A stretch of DNA of 64,000 nt from Phoronis australis (GCA_002633005.1 NMRA01000312.1:391850-455849), one strand, 5' to 3'; counted from the first letter of the stretch, positions 1 through 12,802 are shown. Made by a program: numbers and translations. Notes: generated by a model not told the origin, from the letters alone.

Positions 1-364
1 AGTGTGTAAACGGACTGACACGGAGCAAATTGACACCACGGTGACAAATTTTTGCCGCCCCTTTGTGAGGTAGAGCAATTTGCGCCCGAACATCTTGCGC
101 CGTGTCAATTATAAGTCTAAACGTGAAACTGGAGCAAGGTAGAAAGGATCATCTCTACTGCGCTTGGGCAATGACCTACGTACAGGTTCTTTGTCTCTGC
201 AAATCTCGTCATTTGTAAACCTGCGCATGTGCGATCCAGTCTCTCCAGCCTGCAATTTCCATCTTGCCACGGTTAGTGACTTGTGTGTGTAAACGGCCGC
301 TTGACACGGGTCAGTTTGCTCCGTGTCAGTTGCGCCGGGCCAAAAGTTGATGTCTAAACGGGAC
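1..364. mobile_element. Right part of a MITE-like element with internal inverted/direct repeats, in cyclin F intron 3
   Basis: Repeated gtgtaaacgg motif; ctgacacggagcaaa (15-29) is inverted by tttgctccgtgtcag (~315-329); ends in TIR-like gtctaaacgggact followed by TA. Left end lies outside the window. Confidence 0.5.
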
Positions 365-682
365 TTATGTGGGATGAATTGGAAAGCAATAGCACTGACT
401 GGTGACTAAAACCACAAACTACCTGACAACACTTTCAGTGTGAATGATAACAATTTCATAACAGTTACAACTATAAAAAAGAGTTACTATGCAAATTAGT
501 TGGTCTGAACACAGCTCAAGTATTTACAAGTAATAAACCTGGTCACTGACTGACACTGAGCCATTTTCACCACAATGCAAATGACTAGTGCTCGGCAGGG
601 GTCGGACCCCCTCATTTATCTGAACAAAACCTTATCATATATACATCAGCACGTATCTATCATCATAATATGATGTGCTTAC

Positions 683-789
683 TTTTCAAAATGCCTTATG
701 TTTGAGCTGTTTGGCCAAGTGTCGTAAAAGTTGACGTTGGACCAAAGGATGGAATTGCTGTTGATGAGCTCATTAAAGTGGGAATGTAC
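683..789 (-). CDS. CCNF: Cyclin F exon 3 (end of F-box)
   Basis: Acceptor tttatttctag|GTACAT and donor GAAAA|gtaagc; translates VHSHFNELINSNSILWSNVNFYDTWPNSSNIRHFE. Confidence 0.85.
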
Positions 790-2312
790 CTAGAAATAAA
801 GTAATTAATAATATTACAATCTAGAAGTAAAGTAATTAATAATATTACAATCTAGAAGTAAAGTAATTAATAATATTACAATCTAGAAATAAAGTAATTA
901 ATAATATTACAATCAATGAATGATGAATGAACACGACACAAGAATTGGCATTTTTGTTATACTCATCTAGAAGCAGAGTAAAAAAGACAATTAATAACAG
1001 GACAGTGTAGAAAATTCCACATGCCGCCAGCAGAACCCGGGCCACTGTCGTGAGACTAAAACGTCCAAACCGTTTGACCAAGAGCCCAATTGCCAAGAGA
1101 TTTAGATCTAAGGTTTTATAATACGACTCTACGTCACACCCTGAATTCACACGTCGCAACAACAGTGAACTATCAAGATAATTTCAAAACGATAACTAAC
1201 TGCTTTCATAGAGAGTAGATCCTTAACATGTAACTCCCGAAGCAAAAGGAGCTGCAGTTCTTCTGGCAGGGACCAGATGGTGACATCACTCCGAGTGCGA
1301 GGTTTCACTCGAGTTGCAAATGGGGATAGACACTGGAACTGGTGCTGGACATTCGAAGAAAAGTTCTGCAGAACTGTAAGGAAATACAAACACAAACGTT
1401 AAGTCTCCTGTTCCTGAGTCTGAGAGGACGCATGTGAAAATTATCATACTTTTCCTTCTCTTCTTTACTCTTAACACTCTTTTTCTTTCTCTTCTTTACA
1501 CTTCTGAACAGAAGTGGTTTTCATTCTCTCCCTTGCATACATTCATTCACTCACGAGTCAGATCAAGCTCAGAGGAGTAGGAAACACTTGCAATGCTCCA
1601 CTTAAATGTCTGCCTGTAAAGCCAGGGTTTGAACCCGTGTCTCTCAAACGGGAGTCCAGAGCTCAAACCAGGGTCCAGGGCCACACTGTCTCTTACGGTA
1701 ATGAAACTTAAAAGTTTGTCTACATTCCGGCAATTTTCCCTAACCCATAACTTACCCAGGTACAAGACACCTCCGAACTTGGGAGTTGGACAAAATCAAA
1801 TCAACCTACTAAAACTAATCTCCTAACATCTAAGTCCAACAGTCAGTAAAACGGTTTGACTAGAAATGAATTGAAGAGATATAAGTGCAATGCTTTTTTA
1901 TCTGGAATAGAAAATATTTTATATTCGAGTAAGTCTGCCACAGACGGTGACTGACCATTTGAACCGGTGAGTTGAATTCCTCAAACCGTTACCGTCACTC
2001 GTCAGGCAATGTCAACCGTCCCGATGTCTGTTAAAAAAAAACGGGGACAAACTTTGACGTACGCGAACAAATGTTCGTTATTTCTCCAAGAACACTTTAA
2101 ATTCAAATGTGTCACAATTTCTACCAAATATCAGATGCATGCAACAATTTAGAAAAACTTGGATTTTGTTGACTGCTCAAAACAACCGCTCGTTTGTAAC
2201 GTTGCAACTGTTGAACACTGACACTCAGCTGTGGCTTATTTTCCACTTCGTGAGAAAAACAATCAAATTACTATCAAAACACGATTAATTCTGTCACCAA
2301 CTTACCTTTCAT
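683..2312 (-). CDS. CCNF: Cyclin F (F-box only protein 1), 5' part; exons 2312-2306, 1373-1201, 789-683; continues beyond the left edge
   Basis: Spliced product MKVLQNFSSNVQHQFQCLSPFATRVKPRTRSDVTIWSLPEELQLLLLRELHVKDLLSMKA|VHSHFNELINSNSILWSNVNFYDTWPNSSNIRHFE.. matches the recalled cyclin F N-terminus (LTILSLPEDVLFHILKWLSVEDILAVRA|VHSQLKDLVDNHASVWACASFQELWPSPGNLKLFER), with an intron at the same A|VHS position. All junctions are GT-AG with consistent phases. Confidence 0.85.
790..913. repeat. 4 x 31 bp tandem repeat containing the exon-3 splice acceptor
   Basis: Unit ctagaa(a/g)taaagtaattaataatattacaat starts at 790, 821, 852 and 883. Confidence 0.95.
1201..1373 (-). CDS. CCNF: Cyclin F exon 2 (F-box)
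   Basis: Acceptor tttccttacag|TTCTG and donor AAAGCA|gttagt; F-box motif TIWSLPEELQLLLLRELHVKDLLSMKA. Confidence 0.85.
1540..1690 (-). mobile_element. Degenerate tRNA-derived SINE fragment in cyclin F intron 1
   Basis: Minus strand carries a B-box-like gggttcaaaccc within a tRNA-like head (ggccctggaccctggtttgagctctggactccc...). Confidence 0.4.
2306..2312 (-). CDS. CCNF: Cyclin F coding exon 1 (ATG AAA G)
   Basis: ATGAAAG|gtaagt with a perfect donor; phase 1 joins exon 2 in frame (G+TT = Val). A very short first coding exon fits cyclin F gene structure as recalled. Confidence 0.65.
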
Positions 2313-2414
2313 AACTGATATGAGAAAATTTTAGGACTAGAAAATAGGAAAATACACAAATATAACTAAACTGAGTTTTACACACTGAAGACGTCTAACT
2401 GTCCAGTTTACTAC

Positions 2415-2512
2415 AGGCGGATTGAATCTCCGACGCTGATTGGTTGACCCAGAAGTCATTAGAAAACTGGGTCAAAACTTTCCCATAGTGCAACTTTCAT
2501 TCAAACTTTTGA
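2415..2512 (-). promoter_or_regulatory. Putative cyclin F promoter with CCAAT box and CHR-like element
   Basis: gattgg (CCAAT on minus strand) at ~2438-2443 and attcaaa (TTTGAAT on minus strand) at 2499-2505, upstream of exon 1. Confidence 0.35.
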
Positions 2513-5500
2513 AGTTGCCTGCGGTTTACTGGACTTTTCAGAGAAACGCCATACCTTATTTATTTTTTCATAATCCTAAATAGTCTCAAATAAATCAACT
2601 AACATTGCGGGAACAAACATAACAAAGAGTAACCCCAAAAATATAACAAATCACCAAACATGTCAACCGTTTTTTGCTCTAAGGCCATAGCAAATTTTGT
2701 AAAAAATCATAGCAAACCATAGCAATGACGAAAACGCGTCAAAAAGGGGACTGGGGGGAGCTATAGCCTCCACTTTTTTCAGAGCTGCGCCGCCCATGAC
2801 AATGCATTGCATGTCCCTACTTATCTATTAGAGGCTCTTACATCTAGTAACTGTGAGCGTTGTTATACTTCTTGGTAATAATTCCTTTGGCCTTGACGAG
2901 CAAGGCTGGAGATTCCTATTTTTACAAAGAAACCATACAGTAAAAGCCAAAATGAAGGTTTGACAACTTTAGTATGAGCATCGGCAAAAATGCTTATTAA
3001 TACCGAAAATACGTAGCGTAGCATTTTGGTACTACCAGAGACCGTAGAGCGTCTTTGGTACTACGTTAATTGTAGCACTACAGAAACGACATCAGTGTAG
3101 CAAATGTGTAGGTAATTCGCCTTGGCATTTTTGATTTACTTACCTTACCGGTAGTTGCCAACATTCGAAAATGAAAAGCGGGGCCCTTGGCGATATTTTC
3201 TTTTAATATAGACAGAAATACTATAAATCACACATTTTAAACAATTTCCGGAGAGGCATAAACATCAAGATCAGAATGCATAGATTACTAAAGCAGCTGA
3301 CAAATGACGTCATCTCATAGTACACACAACAACTCAAAACTTGACCACAAGAATTTCTAGTTAGCCAGCCGAATGACCGATGTCAAAATATAGAATATAT
3401 ATATTTATAGAACTTTGCACCGAGACTACATCTTGAATTGCAAAATGTTATTAAAAAATACAGATCTTTCACTGAAAAAGAAATGTTCGTGACCGAGAAA
3501 GCAAGCCCTTACTGCCAAGTATCCGGCCGCCTGGATGGCACGCCGGTTAAAGTCGACCGGGTGTTGGGGTCTCCCACATGATAGTTGAGGGGGCTTTGTT
3601 TGCGAACATTTCAGAATTTTAGTGAGTTAACCGCGAATTCTGTGCATGAAATTGCAGAATGTTGAGACTTTTTGCAGAAAAGATTACTATTGTCAACTGT
3701 TCTGAGGACCCTGAACTTCCATGTGGAGAATTTCTCGCTTACACTGGTGACCGCTCTGATTCCCAAAGTCTCAGACAACGTTTGCGATGCCTATTCAGCA
3801 CGCCCTTTGTATTGATGTAGATCTCACCTAATGAAGTGGAAAGGTAGGCCTAATTGCTAGCATTACTGTCTCAACAATGGTTGTTGTTAATACTCCCACT
3901 TTGGTTTTCTCTGACACTTGCAGGGACTCCCTGCCTGCAACTCTGGAGAGTAGTTTTAACTTGGTACATTATAAATATTACAAAATGACTAAAAAGGTTA
4001 ACTTGTGTTTATCTTCACAAAGGGCCATTTCCCAAAGGAACGATAAGTTTCATATTGGTTTTCGTTATTTAATTTTTAATGCTTCTTCCCACTTGATTTT
4101 TTTTCCTACCGGGAACGGGTTGATAACTTTTTATCTAAGTTTTAAACTTGAAGTACCAAAACAGTGGTAGATTTTGATAGCCAGCTAAACTTAATTAGTT
4201 AAGTTCATTATGAGCCCATCCCTAGAAACTTTGGTTCATTTGAGCTCCAACTGTTTTGATTTATGGTTTCTCCCCCCTCACTATGCATTTTGACGTGTAC
4301 ATGTACAGTCTCTTCTCTACCTGTGTCGCCTGTTTTGAGTCTGTGAACTGTTTCCTTGACAATGGTTGAGAGTAATAAACCGAAACGTTCTATAGAGATG
4401 ACGTTATTTACTTACGCGCTAATTTTAAAGTTCGTATTTCACGTGTCATGAAAATTTAATCTTTATTAGAACTCAAATCACTAAAATATATAAAAGTGCA
4501 AATATGGTGATAACCAAACTGAAGATTTGGAATCTCTGGACAATTTCGGTGGCACTGACTAGCTTTGTCAGTAATAAAAAATGAAATGTGGGCACAACAC
4601 CTGTTTCCTGGTCAAAAATCTGGTTAAACGAGATTGAAAGAATATTAAAAAATGAATCCATGTGATATTGTTAACTCTGATCAGCGTTTGTATATCCACC
4701 GAGTATATCAATACGCGCGGTAGTTTATCTTCAATCGTTCCCAATGGTTGTAGTTTTTAGATTATTGGTTCATCGATTTTTAAAAATCGAAAACCGTGCT
4801 TGGGTGTTTTTTTTCCAGCTGAATACCACCGTAGTGTTCGTTTATAACGAAAATTAGTGGTTAATGCATTTTGAAAATTCGCCATAATGTACAATCAGAG
4901 ATGTTTTAAGGGCCTTTCATACTAACGTCGACGCGTCGATGGTTTGGGAGTTGCAGTCAGTATGAACGCTTAACTCCGGTCCTGGATCGCAGTTAACAGC
5001 TCTAGTTAACATAGCAGTTAACAGGTGGATTTAACAGCGCCAGGTACTACTGTTATCGTCAACAATTACAGGGTAGTGCCGTCACTAATAGCTGCTTATA
5101 TTTTGCTCTAATAATAACCAATCGATTAAAAAATAAGTTTTATGTCAATTACTACATGTAAATGTTCCCAATTTGTCACATTGAAAAAATCTTAGCATGC
5201 AGCGCTGCCTTGCGATAACTTCGATGACGACGAGCATCACCTACCGTTTACTGCGATGTTCATTAACTACCGAAGCCAGTATGAACGATCCAGTTACTTC
5301 GCTGTTTACTAACGTCTACGCTCCACTCAGACCGGATCGAGTTAAGTCAATTATGGTCGGATAATTACATTTAATTGGGTCTTGCTCGCATCGGACAATG
5401 CGGTCATCAAAATTGTACCTGATTCCGGCCGGGGCAGCGCTCTCTTTTTAGATCCTGGTACAAGCCGCTCAGAAGGACGAGCGTTGAAAATTCCCGCATA

Positions 5501-6139
5501 TCTTTATATAGAAATAAGTGACTTCCTTGTAAGCGTATTATTCACGGTATGTTCCGTAAAACCACAAAATAATCCCGGACAGACAAACTGGAGTAAAATA
5601 TCTCGTGCGTCAGACAATCTAAAGGTCCGCAAACCCTGAACCACCCTTCGTAAGTACCGCAGGTTTTCGGCTTCATGACCATGTTCTCAGCTTCAGTGAA
5701 GATCATTTTGGGGATTCCTCAGTCTGGTAAAACGTTGCCATAGGGCGCGGCGGCCTATCTATCAAAGGCCTGTATTGTTCACAAGCGGTGTTCAATGTTG
5801 TCAAACTTGTAAGTTCCAGATTCTGGTCAGTGCTATTGGTGACTTGCTTTTGCAGCCATTGAAATCCTTCTATCCCCTGTGTGAATAGGCCACCAAAGTT
5901 CTGTTTTAACTCAATCAAGGAGTGTACGTAGAATCGTCAATTGTACTACACTTCTGGACTCAATGCATCCCTCTTGTAATGTTTCCCTGCCCGAATGTGT
6001 CTTCTTATGTTCAATTTCCTGTGTGTTTTAATCGGATGTCGCGCTGCCCAAAGTTTTCCTACATTTTTGTTCCTCTAATTTTCCATAATTTTCTGGGGCA
6101 TCTATCTCCTCTCTGCCCTTCTCCTAGGAGGCAATGTAG

Positions 6140-6245
6140 CCTATAGTGTCATAGATGCCCGCTTTCTTTACTCGAGGTTGTGGGTTCGAGTCTCGCTGGG
6201 CACGCTGCTAGACACTTGAGTCAGGTTTCTAGCTCCTCAGTTCGG
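6140..6245 (+). mobile_element. Degenerate tRNA-derived SINE head
   Basis: B-box-like gggttcgagtc at ~6182, followed by a SINE-like body (acacttgagtcaggtttct). Confidence 0.35.
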
Positions 6246-9200
6246 TTTTAATTACATATTAGCATAAAATGGTTCCAGGGGATCCGTGCAATGCCCGGTC
6301 TGCGCACGGCTGGTACAACGTGTATCCGACCAATGATTGCAACTTGATTATTTTTCTCCTAATATAGCTAAGCTAAGCTAGTATGTGCGTGTGGATCAAC
6401 AATAAAACGCCCATGACGATGGGAAGTGAAAAACGCACCCATAGGCGCATTTGAGCTGACTGGTGGCGTTTGCAGCCCCTTGGCCATATTCAAGTTGACA
6501 AATCACGCTCAATTTGTTGAATAACACTATGCAACTATGGTGTCAAAATACTCGTGCAGGTATTCTACATTTTATTTCAGTCACCACGCAAGATACATTT
6601 CCTAAAATCGGGGAATAATTCTATTGGAACATGACCTATATATTTCCGGAAAAGAGCTAAAACCTAAAAATGCTTGGCAAGAGAACGCTTTGTTGAAAGT
6701 CCGTCTGTGGCGCTGTACAACCGTGACGCTCGCTTTTCCCGCCGTACGTCCACTAAGTGCGTACACTGAAGTTTTAGTTCGCCTTCCGACACGTAGGCCT
6801 ACCGTGAATACGGCGTTTTAAAAAAATTCACTGTTGAGGACATTTTAAAAGTTACGAGTATGGTTGATGCATTCAGTGCGAGTGGACACTTGGAAACCCA
6901 ATGAGCTATATTTATCTCATTGTGAAAACCACTCTCGTCAGAAATAATCAGTCAACGGGAAATGTTTGTAAATAGCATATGAATAAATAACTTTTGTATT
7001 CACCCTGAACTTGGAACATTTAGATGTATATAACCTACATAAAATTTACAATACGAAGACACGTCACTGAATAACAGACACGTTATATCCGACTGTTGCC
7101 TTGTAACGTACCCAGAGTTTGAGAACCAGTTTCATGCCCGTTATTCACTGGAGTGGAGAAAACTTCATCTCAAATGTGGTGACGTTACATCCGACTATTC
7201 ACCAACAGCTTACGCGCAATTGTATTGGTTTCAATGTTTTATTGTCTGTAGATGCCTCGTGTAGATGGCTCAGTGCGACAATTTATTATATGACTTATTA
7301 TGGTCTGTAGCTTTGCAACTTTGTATAACTGTAATAAAGCTATTTCCATGAATATCACACGGTCAGTTTTTTTAGCTACATCGTCCCTCAAAACCAAAAT
7401 GGAAGATAATTGTTTATTTTAATCTGTATATTTCTATTGAAGTTTTAGAAATTTAACGCTTAGATCTTCAAATTATTGCATTGTTTTCCTATCCTTTTAC
7501 ATCGCTGCATTAGGAGCAACTCCAACAGTACCATTTAAGTAAGTAAATTGCCTTTCAACCGCTTTTGGTAGTATAGTTTGCAGTATTATGAGTGCGAATG
7601 ACGAGTTAACTCACAACCGACAGCCTTACGATTTATTGCCTCGGTGTGTCATTGACGAAATTTCCGAGGACTTTTTGCCTACGTGGTTACTTTTCACATT
7701 AAATTGACATTGTTCTCGAATATTTGTTGCATAAATTACCATCCAGTGTTTGTGCAGTGTTTTTTAGTACTTTTACATTTAATATTCTTAAAAACTGTAT
7801 TTCTATTTACTTCATTTCTAGAAATATTATTACATTAACGTTCCAAGACGGAACTTCTTGAACGTTTCAGCTGGCAGAGGACATGAAGCGGCGGGTTGAG
7901 GAAGGGGGTAATTGCAAGAATGACTAATTTTAGCAGTTGACACAAATTTTGCACAGGATAATTTAAGTATACTTGACAAAAATATAGGTGTATTATCGGA
8001 TAATAAAGTCAAACTAGTGTTCCGACATAGTACAATTATACTATTCTATAAACATCGACGTATTCATTACCTGTGCCTTGCCAACTATCTAACTACTTAA
8101 TATGTCTATGCAGTCGACCCTCGGATATTTTGATACATTGTTTAAGCAACCCCTGGATTGTGTTTTATATCAAATCTGAACATTATTTGGTCACGAACAA
8201 ATGTTTTGAAAATACGCCAAAATGCATTAGTAAAGTATGCTGTTTTTAGTATCATTTTTGAAAACAAAATCTCAACTCACTGTTTTGTTTCGCATTATGG
8301 ACAGCTACGTATCCTGGTACTCTTTTTGATAATCGTAAGCAGAAGAACGCTGAAAACTTCAACGCTAGATGTCGCGCGACCTCGCAGAAGCGAAAAGGAA
8401 GATGATTCACGACATTGCCGACGACTTTAGTCGGGGCCTCGGTAACCCTCAGTTGGTACATGCGAAATGAAAGGAAGACGAGTTTTGTAAAACTTGCTGC
8501 TGTGCATCATGAGTAATATCTCCCGGCAGTAAGGCAGCATTGGCCTTGTTGTACTTTTGGAACACGTTCGCGAAAAGCGAATCGTTCATTAGCGTCACTT
8601 AACAAACTGGAAGCGTTCGCGGAAGGCGCTTTCCTTATTGAACGCAAGGCCAAGGTTTATTTTTACATCTCACTATACATAAACCTGAAATATGCATATA
8701 TTAAGCTAGCCAATATTCAGCTCTTTTAAAAACAGTTTGATTTACCTATTAGTATTAAACAAAATGACAACGACAATTGAATTCTGAGCAAGACAATTCA
8801 GTTACGAATAAATGAATCTTTTTTTCCAACTACAAAATCAACGAATTTTTTCCATATGTTTAAACTTTGATTCCAAAAATATACTCAATGACATCATAGC
8901 AACTCTTCTCGCGCTGCGTTTGGCCTAAAGGGACAGTATAGGCTTCACGACGGAAAAATGTATTTTTGGGATCAATGTTGGATTGGATAGGCTTCTTGAA
9001 GTGATTAAGTGTTTTGATATTATATCTCTGGTCAACAGTAATAACTTCAATCGTTGTTGTTTACCAGACATTCGTTGAAATCAAGGCCGCTGTCTTTGCC
9101 GTTAAAACACTGTTAAGATACTTTGCATTTGAAGGCGTGAGATTTGTTTCAGCAGAAGAGCTTTCGGCTGCTACTGCACGGAACTAGTAGATTCAATTCT

Positions 9201-9939
9201 GCACTATTGCTAGCTAGGGCTAGGCGTCCGGAAGTAATTCCCACTAATGAGAGGTTATTCAGAAACACAGCCCTAAACAGGGCGACTTTTCTTAGAAGCT
9301 CCTTGCAAATGGTCCACTCTCTAATCTTGATGCCGGATATTATCTTTTGCCAGCTGCACCCTATCTCCCCCCAAAATATATGTTTCAAAACAGCCCCTTA
9401 GTGCTAGATCGCCACAAATTTCATTCCTGTCTTCACATTTTTTCTCCCCGTCCTCCTAATTTTCGAGCTAACCCTGCCTATCTTTACAGTTTTGCCCCTT
9501 TTACCTTACAATTTGCGAGCTACTTCAAGTCGCATAATGTTTTTACTTGTTAGGACTTATTTGTCTTCCGAGCCCATTAATTTGTACATGCCCTGGCTTA
9601 ACTTAATGGATAATCATCACCACTGACTTCACTATAACAACCCAGTAAAGATCAGATCGTAATGGTACGCTTTTTCGACAAGAATGGTTAAGAGGAACAA
9701 ATAGTTTCTGTGCGACGTCCTTAAGCGAACAATAACTACGGACACTGTCTGGCTGTACTGATACTTTTTGCACAAAAGGAACGATTATCTTTCACGCCGG
9801 CGTGCGGTTTATGTTTGGAATAAAGAACAAACTGTACTTCTGAGTTATCGCAAAAAATGTATTTTTTTCATATAAAATGATAACAATTATTTAGATACAA
9901 CACGTTTTCATAAGGGCGTTGTTGTTCAGACTGCAAAAT

Positions 9940-11613
9940 TTAAACGTGTTCTCCTGAACAACATGGTGGAGCATCCGGTTCTCCTGCGCAGCACTCCCAA
10001 ATCAAACGGGTAAACTCAAGAGTTCCGTCCGCTTTGAATTTCTCGGTTTTAGCCTGAGTCTTAGAATGGTACCTGCAGGCCATTTTGTGATTGTCGTGAA
10101 TCCTATAGGGCTTCTTGCAGCGCGAACACAGTTTGATTCCGAAACCAACAGAAGGCGACGAGTTTCTCATGCGGAGAGATTTGGGTTTATTTGTTTTATC
10201 TTTGGTAACCGTTTTTGAAGACATACGAGAAGCACCGTCAAATTCCAAAGTCGGTAATCGAAATGTTACTGTGGCGGATTCGGAATCCGTTTGCTGCTTG
10301 AATGAATAACTTGGGTGTTCAGTCAAAGAGTTAACATGCGAGGTAGAGCTGGTTATGGCAAGTAACGAGTTACTACTGAACTCTGAGCTTTTCTTTGAAC
10401 GTTTCTGAGACGTAACTAATGTTTCACCACATGGCTGACTGTCTTTCTTCTCCATTACGGCTCGCTTCTCCATAACTAAAGATAAATCTTGATAATTACG
10501 TGAAAGCTTGACATATTCGTCATTTAGCGCACAAAGTTGATTCGAAAGTTCTTTGTGTCTTTCTTGAGAACTAGCCTCTTGGACAGAAGCTTGTTTCAGA
10601 CGCGCTTCGTAATTTTGCTTCATTTCATCGATTTTTTCGAACAAACACGCTTTAAAGGACTCGCGTCTCAAAAACAGCGTCTCCATGCATTTCTGCTTGT
10701 CCCTGATAAAGTTTTCAAGTTCACTAAATACCGACGACAGGATGAGCTGTAGTCTCAAAAACTCGTTCAACTCTTCGTCGAAAACGGATGACGGAAGATC
10801 GAGCGGATAGATGTTCACGATATTTCGCGAGAATTCGTGAAGTTTTGATGACGTGGCCACAGCTATCTTCCGCTGCTTCTCTATCTCCTTCATTGCGTCC
10901 TGCAACTTTCTTTTCCACATTTGCCTTTCTAACTGGATTTCCAGACCAATCCATTCCTCTATTTTTAACCGATCATCCACTCTAATTTTCCTGGACAAAC
11001 AGGTCATCCCTTCCGCTACTTTGTGTTTGATGTCCGCTTCTATACGCTCAGGGCGCATAACTGTTCCATTTTCTACCAAGAGCCCAATAGGCGGTAGCAA
11101 AACGTCGTACGCACCGCCGACATATTTAGGCGGGTTAAAAGCGTCTCTGTCGCGAGGTGCGTGACCGATGGACTCCATATTTGCTTCGCTGTCACCGCTC
11201 TCGCTGGCAGCACCCGAAAGACTAGTTACAGGTTTGAAAGTACTGTGAGGCACGCAGGGATTATTCTCGGAATTTGGCGACTCACTCCACGAAGACTCAT
11301 TTTCGTTTTTATCCGATTTCGTACCACTGTCAGAATCATCAATATTAGGCTGTCGACTGGCACTGTTGTTTCCGGAAGTATTATTTGTTGCTTTCTTGGA
11401 TCTGATCACTATATAATTATTGTGATTACTTTCCTGTGGCCTCTTAGACAGCTTGACACCAGTTCTTCTGCTTTTGAAAGGACTTGTTATATTTGACAAG
11501 CCCAAGTCTTCTATTTCGCTTGTAGCCAGTACGTTCTTACTTTGCGTCTCAAAAATATCCAAAATTGTTGCGAGCGAGTACTTTTGATGTTTGGAGGTCG
11601 AATGCTTGTCCGC
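9940..11613 (-). CDS. Terminal exon of an uncharacterised coiled-coil protein with a C-terminal Cys/His zinc-finger-like motif
   Basis: Uninterrupted ~557-codon ORF after a strong acceptor (cttttctattttcag|GCG). Ser-rich N-part, heptad-rich middle (LERQMWKRKLQDAMKEIEKQ...), C-terminal CSRCKKPY..NHKMACRYH...WECC...PCCSGEHV*. Upstream exon(s) not identified. Confidence 0.8.
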   Translation of the reverse strand, partial: ADKHSTSKHQKYSLATILDIFETQSKNVLATSEIEDLGLSNITSPFKSRRTGVKLSKRPQESNHNNYIVIRSKKATNNTSGNNSASRQPNIDDSDSGTKSDKNENESSWSESPNSENNPCVPHSTFKPVTSLSGAASESGDSEANMESIGHAPRDRDAFNPPKYVGGAYDVLLPPIGLLVENGTVMRPERIEADIKHKVAEGMTCLSRKIRVDDRLKIEEWIGLEIQLERQMWKRKLQDAMKEIEKQRKIAVATSSKLHEFSRNIVNIYPLDLPSSVFDEELNEFLRLQLILSSVFSELENFIRDKQKCMETLFLRRESFKACLFEKIDEMKQNYEARLKQASVQEASSQERHKELSNQLCALNDEYVKLSRNYQDLSLVMEKRAVMEKKDSQPCGETLVTSQKRSKKSSEFSSNSLLAITSSTSHVNSLTEHPSYSFKQQTDSESATVTFRLPTLEFDGASRMSSKTVTKDKTNKPKSLRMRNSSPSVGFGIKLCSRCKKPYRIHDNHKMACRYHSKTQAKTEKFKADGTLEFTRLIWECCAGEPDAPPCCSGEHV

Positions 11614-12738
11614 CTGAAAATAGAAAAGTAAATGAGCCACTTGTACTGTATATTCACTGGATTTGACTACATACATGCAAAATGCATGCCGAGTCAGCGT
11701 CGCATACTGACGACGAGTTACCCTGCATCAACACCTCCCAATAGCCCAACTCGTTGGATTGTTCAATAGGGCAATACCACTGTTTACATAACCGGCAACA
11801 AATCATCAACACAGATAGTACATTTTCCAGGATGTCAGCGCATCTTAGAGCTGCGGACTGATCATATATTCTTGTCTTACTGCATAATACAACAACACCG
11901 GTCAAGAATCTCTTCAACAACCCATGCATTCTACCTTCACAATGTTTTTTATGTGTTGAATTGTACATGATGAATTGTGCGCCGTGGCGGCCTCGGGTAC
12001 ATTTTATCAAATGCTATTGTCAACATGTGAATTAACTACTCATGTTTATTGTGCGACTGATTCCAGTGCATAGTAACATTCGGAAGTATATGATCATTAG
12101 AATGATTAGTTTACTAATGCGAGTGAGCTGTGGCAGCGGAGAGAGAGCTCACAACACAACAGCGACGCGACGGTCGACCACGTCGACGGGGTGGTGAACA
12201 AGTGAGCTTGTTGCCCAGCAACGCCGTCGCTGTGCTCGATCAACTCGACGTGTATGAAGCGCCAAACGGTTCTGAGCGTTAAAATACGCTTATTCAAGTC
12301 CACACCTGCATTTTTAACAAGTAGAAATCTATATCGATGAAGAATAAAAATGTTGCAGTACACGTACCTATAATCAGTATGCGTACTTCATTTCAGTACG
12401 TGTACTTTATTTCAGTGATCATAATGAATTTCAAAGATTCTTTGCCAATTTCCATAAAGCGTGTATGTTAATGAATGTGCTATTGACTTGTGAGAAACAA
12501 GTACGCTTCAAACTATAAAATAAAAAAATAATTTCGTCTTTTGTTCAGGGATGATATTCATTCAACCACTTCTAAACACTACTGACGCGGATTGATTCAA
12601 AGCAATTAACTGTTGAATAGACATCCCCAATGGTTGAATTTGTCCTAACATCTAATAACCCCAATAGATCCAAGTTTGTCTTAGGGGATTTGTAGAAAAA
12701 TCACCAAAAACACAAAATATTTTGTTGTTCTATAGACC

Positions 12739-12777
12739 TGGTGGTGGTGGTGGTGGTGGTTTGTGGTGGTGGTGGTA
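12739..12777. repeat. (GGT)n microsatellite
   Basis: tggtggtggt... run with one interruption. Confidence 0.9.
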
Positions 12778-12802
12778 GCAGTTGATGTAGTAGAGGTTAT
12801 AC

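Noticed and set aside
845-1162. 105 aa hydrophobic ORF on the minus strand
   Set aside because: Lies inside cyclin F intron 2 and runs into the 31 bp tandem repeat; exon 2 splices in frame directly to 789 without it.
3500-3860. Possible piggyBac transposase trace (LCIDVD..KWKGR)
   Set aside because: Only one short, frameshifted motif and no termini found; too weak to call.
10115-11496. Several plus-strand ORFs
   Set aside because: Antisense shadows of the long minus-strand coding exon.
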